From a virus (lineage: Duplodnaviria; Caudoviricetes): a stretch of DNA of 44,378 nt. The notes under the pieces were generated by a model, which was given only the letters and a program-made list of their open reading frames with translations, was not told where the DNA came from and made no database searches. The stretch is taken from IMG/VR virus record IMGVR_UViG_3300031841_001583, positions 1 through 44,378 of that record. One strand, 5' to 3'. Shown here in pieces: positions 36,613-43,721 of the stretch (positions are counted from its first letter, which is position 1; each line of letters begins with the position of its first letter). The position numbers and the translations under genes are program-made.

Positions 36613-36687
36613 CCTCATCAGCGTGCCCGATACGTGGGACACGGACGCGACACCCCGCATGTGCAGGGTGCGCGTTTCGGTCACGTG
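36613..36687 (-). ncRNA. Hammerhead ribozyme B (type II, long stem III)
   Basis: CACGTGA-CC-GAAA-CGCGCACCCTGCA..TGCGGGGTGTCGCG-TC^-CGTGTCCC-ACGTATC-GGGCACG-CTGATGA-GG; GUC cleavage after 36644. Confidence 0.85.
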
Positions 36688-36876
36688 TTACGCGGTTTTC
36701 TTGGCCTTCGCAGCGGGTGCGAGCGCCTTGTTGCACCAGTCCTCGACTGCACGCATGTGATTCGCGACTGCCTTCGGCACGTCCAATTCGACCGACTGCA
36801 ATGCAATCGCGGCCTTGCGATTCTTGGCACGTGCGGACAGGATTGCGCTGCGAGCTTCATTCGTGAGATTTGCCAT
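36688..36876 (-). CDS. First early protein (62 aa, basic, Ala-rich)
   Basis: GGAG SD; flanked by hammerheads A and B. Confidence 0.65.
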   Translation of the reverse strand: MANLTNEARSAILSARAKNRKAAIALQSVELDVPKAVANHMRAVEDWCNKALAPAAKAKKTA

Positions 36877-36894
36877 GATAATTCTCCAATTTTA

Positions 36895-36953
36895 CGTAGT
36901 TTCGGCCTGCTGGGCCTCATCAGGCGCACGATACGATCCAGTGCGCTACTACG
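36895..36953 (-). ncRNA. Hammerhead ribozyme A (type III)
   Basis: CGTAG-TA^-GCGCAC-TGGATCGTATC-GTGCGC-CTGATGA-GGCC-CAGCA-GGCC-GAAA-CTACG. All three stems are perfect; GUA cleavage after 36947. Confidence 0.93.
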
Positions 36954-37320
36954 CTCACATGCAACACTTGCGCGGTACACTTCCGACCAAAATCCATTCA
37001 AGGCAGGCGCGGAATTCTCGCACATGTGCCATGTGAGCGGGTTACACGTGGTTTCCAATGTTTCGGCCCAGTGTCCAGATCGTTTCACCCCGTAGGCATT
37101 CTCACCTCCCGTACGCGGGTTTCCCAGACACGTGAACTCTCACGTGATAGCGGCTTAATTCGCGGGTGCCGTGTTTCCAGTCGAATGCGCTGGAGCATAT
37201 TCCCGTATCCCATCGCGACCGTTCTGAATGCGGGCATTCCGCAAAGCTCAATTCCCGGTCTGGGACGGTCGACGGTAGCGGCTTGGAACCCTTCGGCCAA
37301 GAATCTGCTGGCCGTCGACG
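36947..37320 (-). ncRNA. Candidate large structured leader / ncRNA
   Basis: No convincing SD-led ORF; many inverted repeats and T-loop-like motifs; bounded by a sigma70-like promoter and hammerhead A. Confidence 0.5.
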
Positions 37321-37326
37321 ATTCAA

Positions 37327-37355
37327 ACAATGGACCTGCCGCCGAATTATTGCAA
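37327..37355 (-). promoter_or_regulatory. Putative host sigma70 early promoter
   Basis: TTGCAA-17 nt-CATTGT with an A-rich upstream tract. Confidence 0.5.
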
Positions 37356-37428
37356 GCCTTTTTTGGAAATAAATGGCCGATTGCCGCTAAGTGACTGAAT
37401 TATGGGCGATTTTAGATTGGAAATAAAT

Positions 37429-37890
37429 GGCACCCTGCCCGAATTCTGGCCGAATTCCCGCTATTTTCCGGCACCCTGCCCGCTATCAGGCACCCTTTCC
37501 GGCACCCTTGCGCACCCTTTCCGGCACTATCAGGCACCCTGCCCGCTATCCTGCCCGGTATCCTGCCCGGTACCGTGCCGGGTGCCGTGCCGTCGACTGG
37601 TAGCACCCTGCCCGCTATCGTGCCGGGTGCCGTGCCGGGTGCCGTGCCGTCGACTGGTAGTCTACTGGGAGTGGCCCCCCGTCGACTGCCGGACTTTTTC
37701 CCGCGTATATATAGTGTCGACAAAAAAACATATCGGGTGCCGGGTGCGAGTGCCGTACAGGATAGCGTGCCGTGACTGCCCGTCGACGTGCCGTGCCTGC
37801 CGGGTGCCTGATAGTGAACGTACCGGGTGCGAGCGGGTGCCGCGTGCCGGGTGCGCATTAGGTTCGCGGGCAGGGTAACGGGCAGGTCTG
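37429..37890. repeat. Array of short GC-rich repeats near the presumed left genome end
   Basis: Recurrent GCACCCTGCCCG, GTGCCGGGTGCC and GTCGAC units; position analogous to T7 terminal short repeats. Confidence 0.8.
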
Positions 37891-38008
37891 GCCCCCCGCG
37901 ATACGCGCATAGGAAGGAGGCACGGGGGCCACTGCGGCGTGTCCACGTAATGAACCCCGTTCAGATAACTATAGCAAAACTTTGAGGCTCTCCTCTGGTG
38001 TCACACCA

Positions 38009-38161
38009 TCACACTGCAAGTAACTCTCTGATGTCCTCAAGTTTGTCGAGGATGTCCTTCAAGTCATCGTGCAGGTCCATAAGGCACTCGTGCATCTCCT
38101 CTGCTTCCACTCGGGCCGCAAAGGTAGCAGGAAGTGCCGGGTAGTGAGGATCATGTGCCAT
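38009..38161 (-). CDS. Hypothetical protein (50 aa) near the presumed right end
   Basis: AGGAGG SD; MAHDPHYPALP...RELLAV. Confidence 0.6.
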   Translation of the reverse strand: MAHDPHYPALPATFAARVEAEEMHECLMDLHDDLKDILDKLEDIRELLAV

Positions 38162-38199
38162 AATAGCCTCCTGTTCCTCTAAGTCTCCTCTGAAATGAG

Positions 38200-38312
38200 C
38201 AGTACCTTTAAGGAGGTAGTAGGATAAGGAATAAGGGTAAGTAACCCTTACCAGTACCCTCTTAGTTCTCTATTAGTTATCTCTTAGTTACTTATAGTGT
38301 CATTATAGTTCT
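38200..38312. other. AT-rich low-complexity tract (candidate origin or packaging region)
   Basis: Repeated TTAGTT/TATAGT units and the inverted repeat TAAGGG..CCCTTA, downstream of a promoter-like motif (phiOR-like position). Confidence 0.45.
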
Positions 38313-38321
38313 ATCCTGCCC

Positions 38322-38339
38322 TCTGGGGTTGGCCCCCCC
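38322..38339 (-). promoter_or_regulatory. Putative phage RNAP promoter (phiOR-like position)
   Basis: GGGGGGGCCAACCCCAGA after the terminase gene. Confidence 0.7.
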
Positions 38340-38343
38340 TCCC

Positions 38344-38356
38344 TATCAATGACTTA
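38344..38356 (+). promoter_or_regulatory. IHF consensus site
   Basis: TATCAATGACTTA matches WATCAANNNNTTR; 4 bp from the motif. Confidence 0.55.
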
Positions 38357-38401
38357 GCGGAGGGAAGGCTATAACCTGCGGACAGGGTGCCTAAAGGAAG
38401 G

Positions 38402-40147
38402 TTAACGCCTTCGTGCCCACGATCCCTGCCTGCGTTTAGGTGCAGGATACATGTCACGCTTCGTGTGGCCTCGCTGGGCGCACGCAATGAACTCCTTAAG
38501 GGACTTGTCCTTCATCTTCTCTGAAGACCTGTCAGCGGCCTTCTCAGTGTCTCTCGCGACCATCTGGGTGAAGTGTCCCACTGCTTCTGCCAGTACGTCC
38601 AACCTATCGTCCTGCTTGAGGGCACCACGGTCACGGGTGACGAATGCCATCTGGTAGAACTGGTTGTAGTAGCGGGCACGCTCTCCTGCGTCTTCTGGCA
38701 GGTTGTTGAACTGCTGCTCGACAAGCGACTTGTCAATGACGAGCCTGTGGTTGTTCATAACAGGTTCGAGCTTGTCGATCATCCTCGCTTCCTTCTGGCC
38801 GGACACCCGGTACCCGTCAAGGCCACAGGGATGTATCCGGTTCAGGACAGGAGCGAACAGGGCGTTGAACATGCCGTCACCGAAGTTATCCTCGGTCCAG
38901 ACTTCGTTCACCTGCTCGTTCTTGGCAATGGTGGCGAGGGCAGTCAGAACAGATTCGTCGTATCCGTTACCTGTGAAGCCCCCCCACCGTTTAACGAAGA
39001 TGCGTCCGTGCAGCATCTTGGCCACACAGAAGGCAGTCTCATCCTTGCCGCGCCCGGAGGGATCGACGAATAGGACTGAGGCTTCGTAGGGAAGCATGTC
39101 CTCGTCTTTCGTGGAGACGCTCATGGGTAGGTAGTACCTGTCCCCTGTGAGTCCCACGTTGTCCACTGGGAGCGCCTCAGAGGTTGCCCACGTGATACGG
39201 GCAGGGGCACGCTCGGTGTCCACGTCCATGACGATCAGGTCCCTCAGTTTGAGCGGGTACCTATTCTCATCAGAGAGTGTGGTGTCGAGCATGAATTGAA
39301 GTGCGAAACCACTTCGTCCATACTCAGCTTCACGCTCCAGCAAGTCCTGTTCGTGGAATCGAGCAGGGTCGACTGGTCGTCCCACCAAGCTACTATCGTC
39401 TGCGAGCCGTCGCAGAATGCCGGGAGCCAAACGTCCTTGGTACTTGTGGGTTTGTTCTTCATCAGGATACCTTGCAGGCCAGACTCGCAGGCTGTAGCCG
39501 CGCTCGCTGAACCCGTTGTAGATTGTCTGGGTAGACTGAGGTGTGCCGAGTCCAATGGAGTCACCGCCCGGTACCAGAATAGCACCACCCATTTCACGGG
39601 CGCGGTTGTCCAGCTTCTCTCGTTTGCCTTCAGTCTCTGAGTTGTTGGGGACCTCGATGTCATCGAAGATCACCTTCGTGGCGCGACCACCAGTCATCTG
39701 TCCGGTAACACCCACAGCTCGCACTGAGGGAGCCTGAGCGGGTGACGAGGGGCCTACGTCGAAGGCAAGTACCGAGTCACGCTGTCCGTCCTTTGGGCGA
39801 GCTTTCAGCCAGCCTAACAGGGGGAGCGTCTCGATGAGCTGCTTGGTGAACGTGGAGAACTCGGCAGCCTTGTACTCGCTGGCCGACACCACCATCATCT
39901 TCTCTTGGGGGTCACGCATCAGGCACCACAGGACGAAGGCGGCTGTGATCCAGCTCTTACCTACGCCACGGAATGCCATGACGATCCTACGCTTCGGTCC
40001 ATGCTGAAGGTAGTCTGCGATCTCGTACTGAGCAACTGTTGGCTCAGGCAGACCGAGTTGTAGCCAGAGCCACCACAAGAAGACCTTGAAGTCATCGTGC
40101 ATCTTCTTGTGGGTGCCTGTCTGTACCCATACTGGGTAGCTGTTCAT
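38402..40147 (-). CDS. terL: Terminase large subunit (gp19-like)
   Basis: AFRGVGKSWIT, GQMTGGRA..I.DDIEVP, DPSGRGKDET and DDRLD motifs. Start at ATG 40147 (GAGGAG SD). Confidence 0.97.
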   Translation of the reverse strand: MNSYPVWVQTGTHKKMHDDFKVFLWWLWLQLGLPEPTVAQYEIADYLQHGPKRRIVMAFRGVGKSWITAAFVLWCLMRDPQEKMMVVSASEYKAAEFSTFTKQLIETLPLLGWLKARPKDGQRDSVLAFDVGPSSPAQAPSVRAVGVTGQMTGGRATKVIFDDIEVPNNSETEGKREKLDNRAREMGGAILVPGGDSIGLGTPQSTQTIYNGFSERGYSLRVWPARYPDEEQTHKYQGRLAPGILRRLADDSSLVGRPVDPARFHEQDLLEREAEYGRSGFALQFMLDTTLSDENRYPLKLRDLIVMDVDTERAPARITWATSEALPVDNVGLTGDRYYLPMSVSTKDEDMLPYEASVLFVDPSGRGKDETAFCVAKMLHGRIFVKRWGGFTGNGYDESVLTALATIAKNEQVNEVWTEDNFGDGMFNALFAPVLNRIHPCGLDGYRVSGQKEARMIDKLEPVMNNHRLVIDKSLVEQQFNNLPEDAGERARYYNQFYQMAFVTRDRGALKQDDRLDVLAEAVGHFTQMVARDTEKAADRSSEKMKDKSLKEFIACAQRGHTKRDMYPAPKRRQGSWARRR

Positions 40148-40179
40148 ATTCTCTCCTCGTTCAATGTTACTGAACAGGC

Positions 40180-40770
40180 TCACTCTCTGAACGGAGCTGC
40201 CTTGTTAAGCGTGGTGTCACGGTCAGACAGGTAGTGCAGGTCGACGAAGGTGCCCACAACCACACCAGCATAGGTGTCGTTGGCATGAGCGCCGTCACGG
40301 AAGACCCGGCAGACAAGCACGCCGTCAACCTCGAAGACATAGTCCTGCCCACTCAGGGCATCAGCATCAGGAGTCTCAGCGACGAGCTGTTCGTACTGGC
40401 TGTTGGCCGCAATGGTCTGCTCGACGTACACCGTGGTGGACGCAGGCAGTGTGCCTTCGCGATCCGAGTAGGTGAACTCGAAGCCCCACCGCACGACACC
40501 CTGCACCTCATCTGTGGTGGGCACGTAGTGGATGTGAGGGTAGATGTCGGACTGCGGCATGTAGTCATGTGGGACATGGAAGTTGACGAACACTTCCTTG
40601 AGAGCAGCAGCAGAGAACCCATAACCATACAGCCCGTCTCTGATGTTCGTCCATGCAGGTACGTTCGCGCCTGCTGTCTTAGCTGAGTTGATGCTGGATA
40701 GCAGGTCCTTCCAGCCCGGTTTGTAAAGCATAAAGCCTTTGGGGTCTACCCCAGCTGCTCGTCTGGTCAT
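40180..40770 (-). CDS. Hypothetical beta-rich protein, probably structural
   Basis: 196 aa; FHVPHDY...PHIHY...VRWGFEF. Confidence 0.6.
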   Translation of the reverse strand: MTRRAAGVDPKGFMLYKPGWKDLLSSINSAKTAGANVPAWTNIRDGLYGYGFSAAALKEVFVNFHVPHDYMPQSDIYPHIHYVPTTDEVQGVVRWGFEFTYSDREGTLPASTTVYVEQTIAANSQYEQLVAETPDADALSGQDYVFEVDGVLVCRVFRDGAHANDTYAGVVVGTFVDLHYLSDRDTTLNKAAPFRE

Positions 40771-41060
40771 GCTGCACCTCGTTTGGTTTTGAGAACCTGA
40801 GCGATACCCTGTCCGAGTTTGTCGATCTGTTCTTCGTTGTCGTTGATGTCCTTCATGCCCATGTGGGTAGCGATAGCGTGAGCCACCTCATGCCAGAATG
40901 TAGCAAGGGTGAAGCTGAACGCCTGACCGGACTGAAGTTCGATTAAGTTCTTGCTTGCGATGAACCTGCCGTGACACTCACAGTCATCGAGCAGGTCATC
41001 CCTCATCTTCACCGTTATGGTGTGGCTGAGGATGTCGAAGGTTGCGGGGATTTTGCGCAT
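40767..41060 (-). CDS. Small HExxH zincin-like protein (97 aa)
   Basis: TFWHEVAHAI...NEE; start at ATG 41060. Confidence 0.7.
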   Translation of the reverse strand: MRKIPATFDILSHTITVKMRDDLLDDCECHGRFIASKNLIELQSGQAFSFTLATFWHEVAHAIATHMGMKDINDNEEQIDKLGQGIAQVLKTKRGAA

Positions 41061-41461
41061 TTCGGGTATGACTCCTTCCAGTTCTCTCGAACCAAATCGT
41101 AACGCTTCTGCTCCATGACGTAGGCGTTGTAGACATCCCACGCACGTTCCTCGGACGGACAGTTCTCTTTGATACCTTCGTTGTGGTCTACGATGTAGTG
41201 AGTCATCTCGTGTATGACAACAGCCATGCACTTGACCTGATCGGCCACAGACACGAGGCAGTCCTCTGTGATGAAGACCACACTGGTGTCGAAGTAGTAG
41301 TAGCCCAGTGCAGGCCACGTGTCCTTGAAGATAACCATAGGCGGCTTGAGATCGCCGCACTCGCTGTACTGACAGGCAAGCTCCCAGCTCTTTCCAACAG
41401 CCGGGTGGTTAGGGGGGAACTCCAACGCGGGAGCCAGTAGTAAAGCGAGTAGGTATATCAT
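41015..41461 (-). CDS. Exported HExxH protein with signal peptide
   Basis: MIYLLALLLAPA; VIHEMTHY...EERAW; several Cys. Confidence 0.7.
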   Translation of the reverse strand: MIYLLALLLAPALEFPPNHPAVGKSWELACQYSECGDLKPPMVIFKDTWPALGYYYFDTSVVFITEDCLVSVADQVKCMAVVIHEMTHYIVDHNEGIKENCPSEERAWDVYNAYVMEQKRYDLVRENWKESYPKCAKSPQPSTSSATP

Positions 41462-41464
41462 TGG

Positions 41465-41641
41465 TCAATCCTTGAGTTTGGTATCAGCGTATCTGAATGT
41501 CGTCCTTGTTCCGGCAGGTAGCCGGGTCATAGGGGTTATGGTTTGACAGGCGCACAGCTGCTTGTCGATCTCCTCGCGTTTCACGAAGCGAGACTGCACG
41601 TCACCACAGGTGCCGCACTTAAAGTCGAACGTGATGTACAT
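41465..41641 (-). CDS. Zinc-ribbon protein (FmdB-like, 58 aa)
   Basis: FDFKCGTCG...CAC; GGAGG SD. Confidence 0.65.
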   Translation of the reverse strand: MYITFDFKCGTCGDVQSRFVKREEIDKQLCACQTITPMTRLPAGTRTTFRYADTKLKD

Positions 41642-41642
41642 G

Positions 41643-41882
41643 CTACCCTCCCGTGCGGTTCGTCGGGATGGCACGAGAGGGGGCTGTGCGCTTAGGCGCT
41701 TCGACGAATCCACGTCCACCCTTCTGGTAGAACATGTTGGGGTCGTCGATGCCTACAGCTTTGTTGACCATCTTCATACCGTATGGTCGGATGCCGTAGT
41801 CCTTCTCGACCTTGTCCTCGAAGCGACCGTGCAAGGTCTTACTGCGCATCTCATTCATACGCTTGACGAGTGCCTTGCACAT
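41643..41882 (-). CDS. Hypothetical protein (Met-Cys start)
   Basis: 79 aa, AGGAG SD. Confidence 0.6.
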   Translation of the reverse strand: MCKALVKRMNEMRSKTLHGRFEDKVEKDYGIRPYGMKMVNKAVGIDDPNMFYQKGGRGFVEAPKRTAPSRAIPTNRTGG

Positions 41883-42112
41883 TAGTCTCTCCTGATGTGA
41901 GCGTTAGGATCGCCGTCGCCATCGACAGCACGCCTGATCCGCTCACGTCTGGACAGGATCGCAGTCTTAGCTGCGTCAGCCATACCGTCACCGAGGGGAA
42001 CCTCAGTGGCCTTGCGGATAGGTCCACCAGTGGGGCCGGAGTCATCTTTGGTATGACCCTCGGTGCTGGTGAGGAAGTCCGGCAGGTACTTCTGGGAATT
42101 TGCGGTACACAT
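41882..42112 (-). CDS. Hypothetical protein (Met-Cys start)
   Basis: 76 aa, TAATG coupling. Confidence 0.6.
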   Translation of the reverse strand: MCTANSQKYLPDFLTSTEGHTKDDSGPTGGPIRKATEVPLGDGMADAAKTAILSRRERIRRAVDGDGDPNAHIRRD

Positions 42113-42360
42113 TATTTGAAGTCTCCTTGGACTATGTTGTCGAAGATGGGAACCTCGTCAGCCAGCAGATCAGTAGGATCGCCAGCAACAACCGCACGGT
42201 CGATGCCGTTGTCTTTGAGGAACTTGTTTGCCTGCGCGAACAGGGCCGGGGGTACTGGCTCACCGTCCGCGACGAGGCGCTTGATTTCAGCGAGTAGCGT
42301 GCGAGCCTGTAGATCATGTAGCTCATTGAGGAGGTCCTCACTCGCTCTTGTTTTGCTCAC
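42112..42360 (-). CDS. terS: Terminase small subunit (gp18-like)
   Basis: RASEDLLNELH...FAQANKFLKDNGI; GTG start with AAGGAG SD. Confidence 0.88.
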   Translation of the reverse strand: MSKTRASEDLLNELHDLQARTLLAEIKRLVADGEPVPPALFAQANKFLKDNGIDRAVVAGDPTDLLADEVPIFDNIVQGDFK

Positions 42361-42553
42361 GGTCTTTCTCCTTCTTGACGGCAGTGTCAATCCTGACCTT
42401 GTGCCACCTGATAGCGTACACGCCAGCGACGATAGCAACTGCCGTAGCGACAAGCTGAAGCATATCGTTGACGTGAGTGATCCACGTCCATGTGGCTGTG
42501 ACACCAGTCCCCGCTGCGGCTATGTCAGCGAGAATGTCCTTAGACTGGTTCAT
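42338..42553 (-). CDS. Holin (gp17.5-like position)
   Basis: 71 aa, hydrophobic segments and a charged C-terminal tail; just before terS. Confidence 0.7.
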   Translation of the reverse strand: MNQSKDILADIAAAGTGVTATWTWITHVNDMLQLVATAVAIVAGVYAIRWHKVRIDTAVKKEKDREQNKSE

Positions 42554-42566
42554 GTTAAGGTTCCTG

Positions 42567-42716
42567 TTATCTGAGATCACGGTCGGGATCATAAGGGGTT
42601 TTGGGTTTCGGTGCTGGGACCGGAGCGTTGACTTTCACGCCCTTTGAGTAGCCAACTTTATAGCCGAGAAAGCCGCCGAAGACGAATAGGCTGATGCCTA
42701 CAACAAAAGTTTCCAT
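42567..42716 (-). CDS. Small single-TM protein (49 aa)
   Basis: METFVVGISLFVFGGFLGY; AAGGA SD. Confidence 0.55.
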   Translation of the reverse strand: METFVVGISLFVFGGFLGYKVGYSKGVKVNAPVPAPKPKTPYDPDRDLR

Positions 42717-42726
42717 GATGTTTCCT

Positions 42727-43701
42727 TTAGTAAACGAGTTTGCCGTTCGCGTAGAACAGCTTGTTAGAGAATGTGTACACCTGTCCGGGGTACTCGATAG
42801 GCTGTAAGCCCGTGATGGTATTGTGACCACCGTTCTGATTGGAGACGAGATCGCCTACGCTCAGTGTCTCAGGCAACCCGATGTCCTTGTATTCGACTTC
42901 AGGATTGACAGAGGATGGACCCTTGCCCTTCACGTGGAAGGGGTGATCTGTTGATGCGTCGATGTGCTGTCCGTTCTCGAAGTGGATGCGAACCATTGGA
43001 CGGTTCGTACGTACGAGAATCTCTTGCACTTCTTCTGTGCCGTTGAGCGTCTTGATCTTGTCGCCCACCTGCACGGTACCGATAGGTACTTCCAGCCCAC
43101 TCGCCAGTGTTACGGGAGTGTCAGGCGTGAAGCAGCAGAGCGGACATGCGTCATGCCACATTCGTGCTGAGTACGTGACGGTCGATGAGGTAGCCAGTAA
43201 GTTGCCACCAGAGGCCGCGTCGTACGCCCGGAAGTATCCAGTGATTGTCTCAGCGCCACCAGCAGTAGAGCTGATCTTATCGACCAGACGGTACGCGATG
43301 TTACTTGTGATGTTGCGCCTGACGTTGTTGTTGCCACCGCCGAGAGAGTCCCAGTCAGACAGCGTGCCGCCCGTCCGGGTCCACATGATCCACACGTCGG
43401 CAGCATCGCCAGCCGTGAGGTACGTAAAGCCAGCCGTGATGCCGCTACTCGGAGTGTACTCGTAAGCAATACCAGTCGTGTAGAACACCTGACCTGCATA
43501 GCACCAGTTGTCGAGCCTTGAGTTCACGTCGCCGTTGATGCTTGCGAGTGTTACGACTGGGTCCACCTGAAGCAGACCAGTCTTCCACGCACCAGCAACA
43601 TTGATCGGCACGTCGTCGCACGCCTTCCAAACTCCACCCACGTTGATGTGAACGGAGTCGCACTCCTTCCAGACTCCGGCTACGTTTATATGTACAGGCA
43701 T
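42727..43701 (-). CDS. Tail-associated protein with C-terminal Hint (intein-like) domain
   Basis: Three N-terminal INV.G.WK repeats. Hint domain from CFTPDTPVTL (Cys190), with STDHPF and VYTF...FYANGKLVY. Confidence 0.85.
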   Translation of the reverse strand: MPVHINVAGVWKECDSVHINVGGVWKACDDVPINVAGAWKTGLLQVDPVVTLASINGDVNSRLDNWCYAGQVFYTTGIAYEYTPSSGITAGFTYLTAGDAADVWIMWTRTGGTLSDWDSLGGGNNNVRRNITSNIAYRLVDKISSTAGGAETITGYFRAYDAASGGNLLATSSTVTYSARMWHDACPLCCFTPDTPVTLASGLEVPIGTVQVGDKIKTLNGTEEVQEILVRTNRPMVRIHFENGQHIDASTDHPFHVKGKGPSSVNPEVEYKDIGLPETLSVGDLVSNQNGGHNTITGLQPIEYPGQVYTFSNKLFYANGKLVY

Positions 43702-43721
43702 AGCCGGAGTCTCCTTGAAGG

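Noticed and set aside
37261-37320. tRNA gene suggested by GGTTCCAAGCC
   Set aside because: No cloverleaf, anticodon arm or acceptor stem could be built; treated as a T-loop-like motif in the leader RNA.
31419-37400. Integrase or lysogeny module upstream of the RNAP gene
   Set aside because: No recombinase-sized ORF with catalytic motifs; no host genes or att context in the window.
37429-37890. CRISPR array or protein-coding ORFs in the repeat region
   Set aside because: Repeats are short, irregular and lack unique spacers; the ORFs are low-complexity translations of the repeats.
9220-39280. Other CTGATGA matches (e.g. ~9224, 15288, 19744, 20078, 27348, 39267)
   Set aside because: Inside coding sequence, with no suitably placed GAAA and stems.
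42727-43134. True splicing intein
   Set aside because: No terminal His-Asn, no C-extein and no endonuclease domain.
1566-43465. Plus-strand ORFs, including the 369-aa ORF at 35986-37095
   Set aside because: Antisense shadows of GC-rich minus-strand genes, with no recognisable domains.
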